The notes under the pieces: model-generated
Told to the model about the DNA's origin: nothing
Databases searched by the model: none
Seen by the model: only the letters and a program-made list of their open reading frames with translations
In this document: one piece after another, positions 34,975 to 44,121 of the stretch
Layout of the letters: the number at the start of each line of letters is the position of its first letter
Position numbering within the stretch: the stretch's first letter is position 1
Made by a program: the position numbers and the translations under genes
IMG/VR virus record: IMGVR_UViG_3300046819_000377
Span: 3,802 to 67,801 of that record
Strand: one strand, 5' to 3'
Length of the DNA: 64,000 nt
Source of the DNA: a virus

Positions 34975-35196
34975 TCAACTCCATCTGATGATGGCTAATG
35001 TTATTTTTACTGGATCACCTTGGTAAATTTCAAGATAAGTTTCGTCTGTTTCTGGACTTAATTTTGCATAGGTAACAATCATCCAGTTTGCACCGTCATT
35101 GTGATAACCGAATTTTTTAGTCATCCATTGATAGACTTCAACATAATTACGTTTGGATATTTTAATTTTAGTCATGACCACTTGATTACAAACCAA
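34975..35196 (-). CDS. W-family small protein (ends KITLAIIRWS*)
   Basis: C-terminal motif. Confidence 0.55.
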   Translation of the reverse strand: MVCNQVVMTKIKISKRNYVEVYQWMTKKFGYHNDGANWMIVTYAKLSPETDETYLEIYQGDPVKITLAIIRWS

Positions 35197-35405
35197 TTCC
35201 TGTGCTCTTCTTTTCTGAAGGCGAAAATATCACAATCATCAATCTCTGCATACGAATTGTACCACATTAGTTCACCAAACGTTGTATCACACCATTCAAA
35301 CATATCTTGGAACACCTCGTCTTCACCATATCTATCATAAAGCTTTATTCTATCATCATGAAAGAGTAAAGCCTGATAAACATATTCTTCTGTATGAACT
35401 TGCAT
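35172..35405 (-). CDS. W-family small protein (ends EEHRNWFVIKWS*)
   Basis: C-terminal motif. Confidence 0.6.
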   Translation of the reverse strand: MQVHTEEYVYQALLFHDDRIKLYDRYGEDEVFQDMFEWCDTTFGELMWYNSYAEIDDCDIFAFRKEEHRNWFVIKWS

Positions 35406-35752
35406 TATTTTTTAGATTCAGCTAATCGATATGTAAATTCAGTACCAGGAAATCGTTCGCTTGCATATTTTAAAACTTCTTCAATTGTATTACCCTGAGA
35501 AACAAACATATCCGATTCAGCTGCCCATCCAATAAATTTTGCACCATGCTGCTCAATTAAGATTTCAATTGCATTTGCGGTGGGTTTTGCACTGATTGGG
35601 TTTTCATCATCATCTATACTGATCGATTTATCTAAAGCATCAATAACATCTTGTTTATTCATTGAATAAGCTGTCACAGTTAACCAGAAAAAGATATATC
35701 CACCAATAAGTAACCCAATTACGAATGCAATAATAACTGCAAGTATCATCAT
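35405..35752 (-). CDS. membrane-anchored protein (about 115 aa), paralogue of 34313..34633
   Basis: Start at MMILAVIIAF (ATGA overlap with upstream stop). C-terminus TIEEVLKYASERFPGTEFTY. Confidence 0.5.
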   Translation of the reverse strand: MMILAVIIAFVIGLLIGGYIFFWLTVTAYSMNKQDVIDALDKSISIDDDENPISAKPTANAIEILIEQHGAKFIGWAAESDMFVSQGNTIEEVLKYASERFPGTEFTYRLAESKK

Positions 35753-36219
35753 TTTTGTTTCTCCAATGTAAGTTTTGATAAAAGTTGAAAGTTGTCGTAG
35801 CTGATTTTCACAGCTGGGTTCTCTAACAGTTGAGCAGTTTGTTGTTCTAGATCTTTCATGATGGTCTCTGCTGCTTGGGCTGCACTCGGGTAAGATATCA
35901 TTGAAATATCTTCTTTTTTCATGGTTGCGACAAAAGCATCCCATGCAGCTTGTTGCTCAGTGTTTAATGTTATAGATGGTCTAGCAATAGTGCCTTCTAC
36001 AATAGCGGTGGCTAATTTATCGATAGCATATCTGCCAGCTGCAATCATTGGTGCAAAAGCTGGGTCAACATTGTATTTTGTACTAGTAGAACCAGGCTTG
36101 CAAACAACCAAATGTGCTCCAGCTGGGTATGAACTCAGTAGTTTATCATCATACTCGCTGACTGGCTTGTATCTTCTGCCTTGTTTGGTATAAAAGGTGA
36201 TTGACATTCTTAACTCCAA
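35749..36219 (-). CDS. hypothetical protein (about 152-156 aa)
   Basis: ORF track. Alternative start at 36207. Confidence 0.5.
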   Translation of the reverse strand: MELRMSITFYTKQGRRYKPVSEYDDKLLSSYPAGAHLVVCKPGSTSTKYNVDPAFAPMIAAGRYAIDKLATAIVEGTIARPSITLNTEQQAAWDAFVATMKKEDISMISYPSAAQAAETIMKDLEQQTAQLLENPAVKISYDNFQLLSKLTLEKQK

Positions 36220-36262
36220 AATGATAAAAATTCATTATATCAAATTGAATTAAGAATGTCAA

Positions 36263-36463
36263 TTATGACAATTTGAGTCGGTAGAAAGTTGCATGTTCAG
36301 GGCGTTTAAAATAAAAACATGCTCTTTGTGGATAGGATTTTATTTCAAAATCAAAATCAATGCCTTGAATTAACCCGATATCACGTAATTCCCTGATAAA
36401 GATCATGATTTCTTTTGCGAATGTAAAATGTATGGTTACAATGTTATCGCGTATTTTTTTCAT
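36263..36463 (-). CDS. small protein, W-family-like (ends EHATFYRLKLS*)
   Basis: ORF track. Confidence 0.45.
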   Translation of the reverse strand: MKKIRDNIVTIHFTFAKEIMIFIRELRDIGLIQGIDFDFEIKSYPQRACFYFKRPEHATFYRLKLS

Positions 36464-36695
36464 TTTTCACATACTCCACTAGTTCGTTAAACTTGTTCGC
36501 GTGATCTTGTTCTATAAACCAATAGATATGAAATTGAGGATTATTCTGTATTGCATATTCCCTGAATACTCTACACCCAATATGTCTTAAAATAGTAGCT
36601 AATTTAACCACCCACTTTAAATCATCTTCGGTTCGTTCAACACAAATGCAATGGACATGATCTGGGTATTTGGTTTTGAATTCATCTTCGGTCAT
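36444..36695 (-). CDS. hypothetical protein (83 aa)
   Basis: SD AGGAGG 4 nt before ATG 36695. Confidence 0.55.
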   Translation of the reverse strand: MTEDEFKTKYPDHVHCICVERTEDDLKWVVKLATILRHIGCRVFREYAIQNNPQFHIYWFIEQDHANKFNELVEYVKNEKNTR

Positions 36696-36698
36696 GAT

Positions 36699-36732
36699 AT
36701 TCCTCCTATCATTATTTATTGGTAGGAGGAAT
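36699..36732 (-). promoter_or_regulatory. hairpin sequestering the RBS of 36444..36695
   Basis: Minus-strand 5'-ATTCCTCCTA-(14 nt)-TAGGAGGAAT-atc-ATG. Perfect 10-bp stem. The AGGAGG SD is in the 3' arm. Confidence 0.4.
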
Positions 36733-36739
36733 TCAATCG

Positions 36740-37009
36740 TTATACTCGTTCTTCAATTGGGATTACTTCATAACTTTCGACTTTTCGGATTGGTACTAAT
36801 CCCAGACCTTGATGTAATGGTAATTTTAATGGTCTACCGTTAATATCCCATTCTAAAGGCATATTATAACAGTCAAAGCACACATACCCAACAATCTTGT
36901 CATCGGTGCATTTTTCATAATCGATAAGAACTGGATAACCAGCTGCTGATTTGAAGCCAAAAGCTTGCATTAGAAAACCGTGATGTAAATGTTTTTGAAT
37001 AAATGTCAT
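36740..37009 (-). CDS. hypothetical protein (89 aa)
   Basis: ATGA overlap with upstream stop. Confidence 0.5.
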   Translation of the reverse strand: MTFIQKHLHHGFLMQAFGFKSAAGYPVLIDYEKCTDDKIVGYVCFDCYNMPLEWDINGRPLKLPLHQGLGLVPIRKVESYEVIPIEERV

Positions 37010-37359
37010 GGTGTGTCCTTGATTGGTGTTTTATTACCGTCTTTATCAATTGCTACAAATGTGATTTCTGTTGTGAATACTAATTCATTATTTCTGTTTA
37101 AACAGAATACATCAATGTTGAAAGTCGCTGATGTCGTGCCTTTTTTTATCAACTTTGTGTCAAATTCAAGGATAGAACCCGCTGGCATACTTTTATGAAA
37201 TACAACCTGGTTCAATCCAACTGTGACAAATTCGTGTCCTGGAAATTCAACATTGACTGCAACATATCCAACGGTATCGATCCACTTTAACATCTCGCCG
37301 CCAAAAAGAAACCCGTAATGGTTTAAATGGCTTTGTAAAACTAATTTGTGTTGTTTCAT
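37006..37359 (-). CDS. acyl-CoA thioesterase, hotdog fold (YciA-like)
   Basis: HLNHYGFLFGGEMLKWIDTVGYVA..VTVGLNQVVFHKSMPAGSILEF..KGTTS. Confidence 0.65.
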   Translation of the reverse strand: MKQHKLVLQSHLNHYGFLFGGEMLKWIDTVGYVAVNVEFPGHEFVTVGLNQVVFHKSMPAGSILEFDTKLIKKGTTSATFNIDVFCLNRNNELVFTTEITFVAIDKDGNKTPIKDTP

Positions 37360-37562
37360 TGGTCTCCCCATGTAAGTTGAAGTACGGTATATAATTCTTC
37401 ATTGATAGTATATGAAACCCCGTGATTAGAATGTTCAATATGATACCATAGTCTTTGTGGTTGTTTTACTATCCAGTGTATTAATTTATGATCCTGGACA
37501 TCTATACGATACCAATAATCATTCATTAAGCTGTTATAATGCTTATCTACTACTGTGAACAT
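37356..37562 (-). CDS. W-family-like small protein (ends VLQLTWGDQ*)
   Basis: ATGA overlap with thioesterase start. Confidence 0.45.
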   Translation of the reverse strand: MFTVVDKHYNSLMNDYWYRIDVQDHKLIHWIVKQPQRLWYHIEHSNHGVSYTINEELYTVLQLTWGDQ

Positions 37563-37572
37563 ATAATCCCCA

Positions 37573-37842
37573 TTACTTTCCCCATTTCAATAAAAACCAA
37601 GTTTTGTCAGTTTCCGATAATTCTGCCATTACTTGGTATCTGTTGCAATCAAATGCATAATCGGCGACTCCTAAAACCCTAATTGATTTACTTCGTCGTT
37701 TCACCCATCGCCCAATTTCTGATTCATAGAATTTGTCGAGTATTTCGTTATATGGGTCATAATCTGGACCGTTCATAGTGGCTGGGTACATGTATGAAAG
37801 ATTGGATATTATAAACTCATGTACACACATTATTTCATTCAT
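37573..37842 (-). CDS. W-family small protein (ends DKTWFLLKWGK*)
   Basis: C-terminal motif. Confidence 0.6.
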   Translation of the reverse strand: MNEIMCVHEFIISNLSYMYPATMNGPDYDPYNEILDKFYESEIGRWVKRRSKSIRVLGVADYAFDCNRYQVMAELSETDKTWFLLKWGK

Positions 37843-38033
37843 TTATCCCCCCACATTAATACATACCATGAAAAATCTGCTTCATTTTTGAAATAGATAT
37901 AATTATTTTTAATGAACCATCTAGTACCAAGATTTCCAAAGTTCTTGGCGCACCAATCATACTTTTCACCGGGTGAATTGCGAATTCGTAATCCATGGTA
38001 CTCTATAAGTTGCTGTGTTTCAATTTTCATCAT
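37839..38033 (-). CDS. W-family small protein (ends DFSWYVLMWGDK*)
   Basis: C-terminal motif. Confidence 0.55.
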   Translation of the reverse strand: MMKIETQQLIEYHGLRIRNSPGEKYDWCAKNFGNLGTRWFIKNNYIYFKNEADFSWYVLMWGDK

Positions 38034-38304
38034 ATCCAGACCATTTTATATTAACCCAATTATACATTGCCCGAGCTGATTCTTCCGATTCTACCTTCCA
38101 TGACATTGGACCCAATGAATTAACTAACGAATTACATATAAAAAACTCTTTAATATCTGCTATTTCTTTTTCAGATAACCAAACCTTTGCAGTTGGTGTT
38201 AATGAAACCGCCCAATACTCTTTATTTTTAACACAACAATGCAAAAGTGTAAAATTCTTTGATTTTTGTAAAAGGGTATAATGGGTATGCATTATGCTTC
38301 CCAT
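38020..38304 (-). CDS. W-family-like small protein (ends YNWVNIKWSGYDEN*)
   Basis: C-terminal motif. Confidence 0.5.
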   Translation of the reverse strand: MGSIMHTHYTLLQKSKNFTLLHCCVKNKEYWAVSLTPTAKVWLSEKEIADIKEFFICNSLVNSLGPMSWKVESEESARAMYNWVNIKWSGYDEN

Positions 38305-38531
38305 TTCAACACAAACATTGTGTATAGTTCTTCTTTAATAGCATAATCAACAATAGTCATGCATTCGGTCCTCTTCCATAATGACACATTACAAGTTTTA
38401 ACCCATCTACGTATTTCTGCTGAATATATGCGTAAATAGTACCACTTGTTATTATTCTTATCGGTTTCAATCTCATACATATTGAATTTCTTATTACTAG
38501 CAACAATTGGTCTGATTATTTTATTGGTCAT
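38292..38531 (-). CDS. W-family small protein (ends LYTMFVLKWEA*)
   Basis: C-terminal motif. Confidence 0.55.
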   Translation of the reverse strand: MTNKIIRPIVASNKKFNMYEIETDKNNNKWYYLRIYSAEIRRWVKTCNVSLWKRTECMTIVDYAIKEELYTMFVLKWEA

Positions 38532-38733
38532 GGTATCCCCATTTCAATACAAACCATGTATAATTTTCATCCGTAAATTCGATTTCGTAAAACCCATCAA
38601 TTTCAATGACAGTACATCTGTAAGTAGTTTCAAACTGATCAATGAACTTACCATCGGATAATCCTTTGTGTTCTATGAAATATCGATTCAAAATAGGCCA
38701 TATAGTATGATTATTCAATTTAAGTCTAACCAT
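38521..38733 (-). CDS. W-family small protein (ends NYTWFVLKWGYHDQ*)
   Basis: C-terminal motif. Confidence 0.6.
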   Translation of the reverse strand: MVRLKLNNHTIWPILNRYFIEHKGLSDGKFIDQFETTYRCTVIEIDGFYEIEFTDENYTWFVLKWGYHDQ

Positions 38734-38989
38734 GAGATCCCCATTTTAAAATAAACCAGGTGTAATCCTCATCTTTGAACGTCAATGTCCATTCACCAAA
38801 TGAAATTTCCTCAGTAGTGCATCTAAATGTTTTGTGAAACAATTCCATATATTCGTGAGTGAGGAGATCAGCATTGGCGTAATAAAATTCTTGAATTGAA
38901 TGTCTTGCTTTATCTGGCAGTTCATATATCGCTTTAGTAATCATATTATCACACGTGTAACATAAACCAAGTAAACCGTTCTTTAACAT
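38726..38989 (-). CDS. W-family small protein (ends DYTWFILKWGSHG*)
   Basis: ATG 38989 (the ORF-track start was TTG). Confidence 0.6.
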   Translation of the reverse strand: MLKNGLLGLCYTCDNMITKAIYELPDKARHSIQEFYYANADLLTHEYMELFHKTFRCTTEEISFGEWTLTFKDEDYTWFILKWGSHG

Positions 38990-39092
38990 AGGCAATCATT
39001 GTCAATGACGGCTTTTCATGATCCCGTAATGCTTTTAATCTCTCATATTGCGGAATAGTTAATTTAATTGTTTTTGCCATTTAAAAATCTCA

Positions 39093-39287
39093 TTAGGCCG
39101 ACCATCGTATCGCAAATATTGTAAACAAATCTTCTCTAATATCAAATGATGATATTCCTGCAGTATCAACCCATTTTTCTGTAGACTGATTGCGTATCCA
39201 CCGCCATATATCTGAATCAAGGGTATGAATGGCGTACCAAACATACCCGTCATCACATAGACATGAACATAGAATTGTGTATTTCAT
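39093..39287 (-). CDS. W-family small protein (ends LFTIFAIRWSA*)
   Basis: ATGA overlap at 39287. Confidence 0.55.
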   Translation of the reverse strand: MKYTILCSCLCDDGYVWYAIHTLDSDIWRWIRNQSTEKWVDTAGISSFDIREDLFTIFAIRWSA

Positions 39288-39514
39288 CAAGCTTTTTTAG
39301 GAATTTTGTCACTCCATCTCAAAATAAAAAAATCACGCTGTCCCTCATTTTTAAAACTAAACAATCTATCAGTCATGTATAAACCACACCGAGATTGTTC
39401 AACCCATACCTTCATTTCTGATAATAAATCATCATCAATTTCATCTCGATCAAATGAAATACCAGGTAATTTAAACATACCTGTCTCGACAATACGCATA
39501 GATGTTCTCCGCAA
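39287..39514 (-). CDS. W-family small protein (ends RDFFILRWSDKIPKKA*)
   Basis: C-terminal motif. Confidence 0.55.
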   Translation of the reverse strand: MRRTSMRIVETGMFKLPGISFDRDEIDDDLLSEMKVWVEQSRCGLYMTDRLFSFKNEGQRDFFILRWSDKIPKKA

Positions 39515-39645
39515 TTTAAAATTAAAAAAATATTATATAATATTAAGATATGAATGTCAACATATTTTAATAAATACATGACAATAAAAAAGCCAATCGT
39601 GATATTACAAGTATCCATCGGCAGTAACGTCTGGAGGGACATCAC

Positions 39646-40617
39646 ATGAATATTTATATTCCGTACACTTATATTATCAAATTTTTACCAACTGGTCAAG
39701 TCTATTATGGCGTTAGTTATGCTAATAGCAATAAAGTAGCCAATCCATCACAGTTATGGACTAGTTATTTTACCTCTTCCAAGATTATTCATGGATTAAT
39801 AAAGGAACATGGCATTGATGCATTCAAGTTTGAAGTTAGAAAAACCTTCGATAGCAAAGAAAAGGCTGTGTTATGGGAACATAAGATCCTTATAAAATTT
39901 GATGCCAAGAACAATCCAATATGGCTTAATCAAAACAATGGTAATAAAAAGTTCAAATCAATTCCGCACACCACTGAAACAAAATTAAAAATTTCACTCG
40001 CACATAAAGGTAAAAAACTGTCTCCTATCACAGTTGAAAAAATAAAAAATGCAAACACTGGTAAGAAACGAACACCAGAACAAAATGCTAATACATCTGC
40101 CAGACAATTGGGGACCAAAAGAGGGCCATTATCGGATGACTGTAAGAAAAAATTATCGAGTATTCTGAAAGACAGAAAATTGACATCTGACCATAAACAA
40201 AAAATATCAATCGCACTTACTGGAAAAACTGGCACATTCACTGGTAGGAATCATACACCTGAAACAAAAGCAAAAATTTCAGCAGCACATTTAGGAAAAA
40301 AGAAGAAACGCGATCCTAATAAAAATCCACCGAAAGGCGAATCTCATCCATTATACGGCAGAACAGTACCAGCGGAAATTAGACAAAAAATTGCTATGGC
40401 GCACAAAGGTAAACCAAAGACTGAAAAACAAATTCAATCAGTAATTGATCATTCTGCTAAAACTTATAGTTTAACTACACCAGCTGGTGATACTATTATA
40501 ATAACTAATATGGCCAAATTTTGTAGAGATAATGATCTATTACGAGAAAGTATGATGAAAGTAATTCATGGTCGTATGAAATCATGTAATGGATGGACAG
40601 GGAAACTCGTTGAATAA
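39646..40617 (+). CDS. GIY-YIG homing endonuclease with NUMOD3-like repeats (free-standing, antisense to neighbours)
   Basis: IYIPYTYIIKF..GQVYYGVS (GIY-YIG). Repeated H(T/K)xE(T/Q)KxKIS..GK(K/P) modules. SD GGAGGG. Confidence 0.75.
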   Translation: MNIYIPYTYIIKFLPTGQVYYGVSYANSNKVANPSQLWTSYFTSSKIIHGLIKEHGIDAFKFEVRKTFDSKEKAVLWEHKILIKFDAKNNPIWLNQNNGNKKFKSIPHTTETKLKISLAHKGKKLSPITVEKIKNANTGKKRTPEQNANTSARQLGTKRGPLSDDCKKKLSSILKDRKLTSDHKQKISIALTGKTGTFTGRNHTPETKAKISAAHLGKKKKRDPNKNPPKGESHPLYGRTVPAEIRQKIAMAHKGKPKTEKQIQSVIDHSAKTYSLTTPAGDTIIITNMAKFCRDNDLLRESMMKVIHGRMKSCNGWTGKLVE

Positions 40618-40764
40618 TTATATTCCTAATTCAAAGATTGTGTTGTAAAGGTTGAATAATTCTTCATCTGATAAATTATACACATCAGTAACCCGCATGT
40701 CAAATATTTCTTCCAAGGATTCATCCCAGTGGTTAGCAATCCGTTCTAGTATTAAATCTCTCAT
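40618..40764 (-). CDS. small acidic protein (48 aa)
   Basis: ATGA overlap with upstream stop at 40761-40764. MRDLILERIANHWDESLEEIFDM... Not in the ORF track. Confidence 0.3.
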   Translation of the reverse strand: MRDLILERIANHWDESLEEIFDMRVTDVYNLSDEELFNLYNTIFELGI

Positions 40765-41093
40765 TTTAAAAACTCGCTGTATTTAATCAAGAAAAACGTG
40801 CGTTTAGCTTCATCGTAAAAATCTAATTTGATCATCTTTTTTGCCTCTTTTCTTTGAGGTTCATACAGAAATAATGAACTGAATGAAGACTGTTCAGCTT
40901 CCAGGTAACTCTTATATTCCGCAGCATATTTAGGATTATCTACCCATTCGGTATGTTCACGCGGAGTAAATCCCAGTACACGTTTTGTTTTTTCTCTGAT
41001 TGCTAGCACACTTGGAGGATAATCATTGTGTAATTCTAACAACAACTTTTTCCATTGTTCTTTTGTAATTGATATAGGTTTCATGCCATCCAC
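40761..41093 (-). CDS. W-family variant (ends KRTFFLIKYSEFLK*)
   Basis: C-terminal motif. Confidence 0.5.
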   Translation of the reverse strand: MDGMKPISITKEQWKKLLLELHNDYPPSVLAIREKTKRVLGFTPREHTEWVDNPKYAAEYKSYLEAEQSSFSSLFLYEPQRKEAKKMIKLDFYDEAKRTFFLIKYSEFLK

Positions 41094-41347
41094 CTTAATT
41101 TAAACCATGTCATTTGCGCTCTTTTAACTATTCTAGCATCAAATTGCACATATATATCTTCTTTAATCACATACCCAGTATCATCGTCAAATACAGATTC
41201 TAAATATAATTTCCAATTATATCCTGCACGATACCATGTATTGGACAATTGCAATACTTCTGGACCTACATTTTTAATTAGCCACTCCACAAGTTGATTA
41301 GCCTCGTATGAGTGGACATCATCTAAATTTGTTATTTTTCTACGCAC
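41081..41347 (-). CDS. W-family small protein (ends QMTWFKLRWMA*)
   Basis: C-terminal motif. Confidence 0.55.
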   Translation of the reverse strand: MRRKITNLDDVHSYEANQLVEWLIKNVGPEVLQLSNTWYRAGYNWKLYLESVFDDDTGYVIKEDIYVQFDARIVKRAQMTWFKLRWMA

Positions 41348-41618
41348 TGGTTTTTAAAATGTACATTGTAACATATGGCCCATCAACTATCACTAAATCT
41401 TCAGGGTACTTATTGTGAGAGCCAGTATACCATGTACTAGTTTTCACATTCAACAATTGTACCTTAACCATTTTGGGATTCAATTTGGTGACTCTTGCTA
41501 TCTTCATATTATTGTGTAAACTGACTGCTACAACATCACCAATCTTTAACAAACGTCCCAAAATGTCTCGGTGTTCAATTAGTGGTTTAGGTGTTCTCGT
41601 TTTCTTCTCTGTTGTCAT
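41340..41618 (-). CDS. hypothetical protein (92 aa, ends ..VTMYILKTSA*)
   Basis: ORF track. Confidence 0.5.
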   Translation of the reverse strand: MTTEKKTRTPKPLIEHRDILGRLLKIGDVVAVSLHNNMKIARVTKLNPKMVKVQLLNVKTSTWYTGSHNKYPEDLVIVDGPYVTMYILKTSA

Positions 41619-41907
41619 ATACTTCCCATGTATTATTTAAATAATCCCAATGTCTACTATCATAGACTGATATTGCAAATTGATATCCTAAAATACCAAT
41701 CTCTAACTTTGGACCTGCGTGATCTTCACCTAACCAACTAATGACCAGGTTAAGTTCAAACAAGTTCCAATCATAATGCATCAGTTGTAATTCCCAATGC
41801 TTGTGTGGATTAAATGATCCGCTTTTGAACCATAAATTCTCAAAATTACTATTTTTGAAAAAAGGATTTTTTATTTGTAAATTAAATTTGATCATGAATG
41901 ACTCCAA
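41587..41907 (-). CDS. hypothetical protein (106 aa)
   Basis: ORF track. Confidence 0.5.
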   Translation of the reverse strand: MESFMIKFNLQIKNPFFKNSNFENLWFKSGSFNPHKHWELQLMHYDWNLFELNLVISWLGEDHAGPKLEIGILGYQFAISVYDSRHWDYLNNTWEVYDNREENENT

Positions 41908-42176
41908 CGTAAATTAAACCAATTTGCCATTTCTGGTCTTTCAAACCAGAATTCATGTCGCAAAAATTTAATTTCAAAAGTGCTAGGATCGATCACCGGT
42001 TTGCTTTGATTAGCATAAAAAAATGAATCACTATTTTGCTCACGACACCATGTAATCATGTCATCGTATACTCCAACAGAAACTGATCTATTGATGGTAA
42101 TTTTGGTCCAAGAATCATGTTGTTTGATATCTACTGAACGTCTCATAAAACCATTCCTATATATCCAATATAACAC
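41892..42176 (-). CDS. W-family small protein (ends EMANWFNLRWSHS*)
   Basis: C-terminal motif. Confidence 0.55.
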   Translation of the reverse strand: MLYWIYRNGFMRRSVDIKQHDSWTKITINRSVSVGVYDDMITWCREQNSDSFFYANQSKPVIDPSTFEIKFLRHEFWFERPEMANWFNLRWSHS

Positions 42177-42487
42177 AATTGATGCGCCATCTGATCAAGT
42201 CCAAGATCTCGCCAAAATTTAGGATTCTGGATATCTTGATTACCAAAGTTTCGTTTAGTCCAATCAATATGATAATGAAGAATAAAATCCAACAAACCAA
42301 TAGATGCAGCAAGATATGGGTTGATCAATAGAATAATCAGACCAGTGGCAAAGCCATGTTTTAAACTATGCATTATACCAGGTAACTCACCATAATGTCC
42401 TTTGCTAATAACTTCAATATCCGTTTGATTAACAAAATCAATGTACCAATGTTTAAATTGTAACAGTACTAAAATTATAAATCCCAT
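42143..42487 (-). CDS. membrane protein (114 aa, 3-4 TM)
   Basis: Hydrophobic segments. His-rich loop LHYHIDW. Confidence 0.5.
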   Translation of the reverse strand: MGFIILVLLQFKHWYIDFVNQTDIEVISKGHYGELPGIMHSLKHGFATGLIILLINPYLAASIGLLDFILHYHIDWTKRNFGNQDIQNPKFWRDLGLDQMAHQLCYIGYIGMVL

Positions 42488-42490
42488 TTA

Positions 42491-42823
42491 TCACCCATTA
42501 TTTTTTTCAAGCACTTCTTCAGCTTTGCATAGTTGCTTAATCATATCATATTGACCTTTGGCACTAGCTAATGCTGGATATTTTTCGATTAAAATTTGTT
42601 CTTCTTTTTCTTCAATCATTTTTTTACATGCCCAATCTAACGCCTGTTCAGCGTTTGACGTTAACCCAACTATCCCATTCTCAGATGCTATTGGTGTCCA
42701 ACTATAACCAGTATATGCTTCTAAATGACCATCTTGTATTCGTAATGAACCGGATGTTATTGAAGAACTGCCATTTGAATGACACAATATATGTGAGCTA
42801 TTACTTTGTATTCCATGTATCAT
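42491..42823 (-). CDS. hypothetical protein (110 aa)
   Basis: ORF track. Confidence 0.5.
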   Translation of the reverse strand: MIHGIQSNSSHILCHSNGSSSITSGSLRIQDGHLEAYTGYSWTPIASENGIVGLTSNAEQALDWACKKMIEEKEEQILIEKYPALASAKGQYDMIKQLCKAEEVLEKNNG

Positions 42824-43001
42824 GTTTTTTAAGATTCCATTTTAATAATAAAAAAGTTAAATCTGACTCATTAGTTAAGTCAAGATATGTTAATTCTCGT
42901 AAATCCCATCGATCATTAAATCCAGGTGGACCCCAATGAGTACACATCCAAGTGAAAATTTCCATTGGTCGATCAAACTGATTTAAATCTACTGTTTTCA
43001 T
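42801..43001 (-). CDS. W-family-like small protein (..LTFLLLKWNLKK..)
   Basis: Motif near C-terminus. Confidence 0.45.
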   Translation of the reverse strand: MKTVDLNQFDRPMEIFTWMCTHWGPPGFNDRWDLRELTYLDLTNESDLTFLLLKWNLKKHDTWNTK

Positions 43002-43297
43002 ATTCCATATTTTATTTTGAACAAAAAATATTTGTGTTCGTTTACTATTACTGCCGCATCTACATCAACTTGACCTTCACGCATTGGTATGTCCAACCCA
43101 TAGGTGTCTTTAATATGTGATAGTAACGAAGTGATACTCCAGTTACTGTTACTATTTGCATAATCATCCCGTATTTCTCGTAATACCACAATCATTCGAT
43201 TTCTAAAGGTTCGCTGTTTTTCTAACTCTTTTGCATACTGTTTAGTGTCATCAGCTAATTCTTTAAGTGTTTTTTCTGCTATTTTATTCATGACCAT
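42998..43297 (-). CDS. W-family-like small protein (ends HKYFLFKIKYGI*)
   Basis: ORF track. Confidence 0.45.
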   Translation of the reverse strand: MVMNKIAEKTLKELADDTKQYAKELEKQRTFRNRMIVVLREIRDDYANSNSNWSITSLLSHIKDTYGLDIPMREGQVDVDAAVIVNEHKYFLFKIKYGI

Positions 43298-43560
43298 CTC
43301 AGTAAAAACCAGGTATAATTTGCATCGTCCTCAAATTCTGCATATTTTGGCTCATCGTATGACGGCTTAATCTTACATTTATTTTCTTGTTCAAAATGCT
43401 TATAAACTAGTTCCATTTGTTTAGAGAATACCTGATCAAGATTGCCAGTAAATTCAACCATCGGCGAATGTGCAACCGAATATTTACTGGCTTTACGAAC
43501 AGCGACATCCCTAGTAAGCGATAATTTTTTCATCAAGCACCCCATCTTATAATAAACCAA
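43288..43560 (-). CDS. W-family small protein (ends DANYTWFLLRWS*)
   Basis: C-terminal motif. Confidence 0.6.
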   Translation of the reverse strand: MVYYKMGCLMKKLSLTRDVAVRKASKYSVAHSPMVEFTGNLDQVFSKQMELVYKHFEQENKCKIKPSYDEPKYAEFEDDANYTWFLLRWS

Positions 43561-43889
43561 TTTCTGTCAGCTGCATTTCGGAAAATAAATCGATCATCAG
43601 GTACTAATTTCCACCGATCACCTAGAATTTCTCCGAATACTTCTTCACACCATTTAACGCAGTCTTGAACATGGATCTTACTACTTGGACTAACCCAATA
43701 TACATAATCTTGGTAATCAGTATAATCATCGCCTTGACGCAATGGTCTTGTATCATATCGCGTTCTCAATGAAAATATCTGACCAGCTTGGCTTGTCATT
43801 GGTTGAACCCCCACGATATTTTGTGCAATCAATTCTGGTTGTACTCTGCGTATCATTGACAAAATTGATTGTTTTGATAACTCTTTCAT
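43533..43889 (-). CDS. W-family small protein (ends ADRNWFIIRWGA*)
   Basis: C-terminal motif. Confidence 0.6.
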   Translation of the reverse strand: MKELSKQSILSMIRRVQPELIAQNIVGVQPMTSQAGQIFSLRTRYDTRPLRQGDDYTDYQDYVYWVSPSSKIHVQDCVKWCEEVFGEILGDRWKLVPDDRFIFRNAADRNWFIIRWGA

Positions 43890-43913
43890 AATCCACTCCT
43901 TGGATTTTAATAA

Positions 43914-44120
43914 TTATTCTGATATCCATCTTAATGTGAACAAAGTGCAATCCATCTCTCTATACAATGTGAGAATGCCACCTTGCATATTAAACTTCAT
44001 TTTTCGTTCAGTGAGCCACTCTGCTACTTCATTCCATTCTCTCGTGTCTAATCCTTTATTGCCATTATCTTTGCTCAATATAAAACTATTGTGCTCAAAC
44101 GGCATTTTTTTAATTCTCAT
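43914..44120 (-). CDS. W-family small protein (ends MDCTLFTLRWISE*)
   Basis: C-terminal motif. Confidence 0.5.
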   Translation of the reverse strand: MRIKKMPFEHNSFILSKDNGNKGLDTREWNEVAEWLTERKMKFNMQGGILTLYREMDCTLFTLRWISE

Positions 44121-44121
44121 G

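Noticed and set aside
35921-36193. 90-aa plus-strand ORF inside the minus-strand block
   Set aside because: Antisense overlap with 35749..36219. No promoter or SD. Composition driven by the opposite-strand coding.
38953-39084. Possible 43-aa minus-strand ORF (MAKTIKLTIPQYERLKALRDHEKPSL...) between 38989 and 39093
   Set aside because: Overlaps the start of 38726..38989 by about 40 nt in another frame. Could be real given the gap, but unsupported. Left unannotated.
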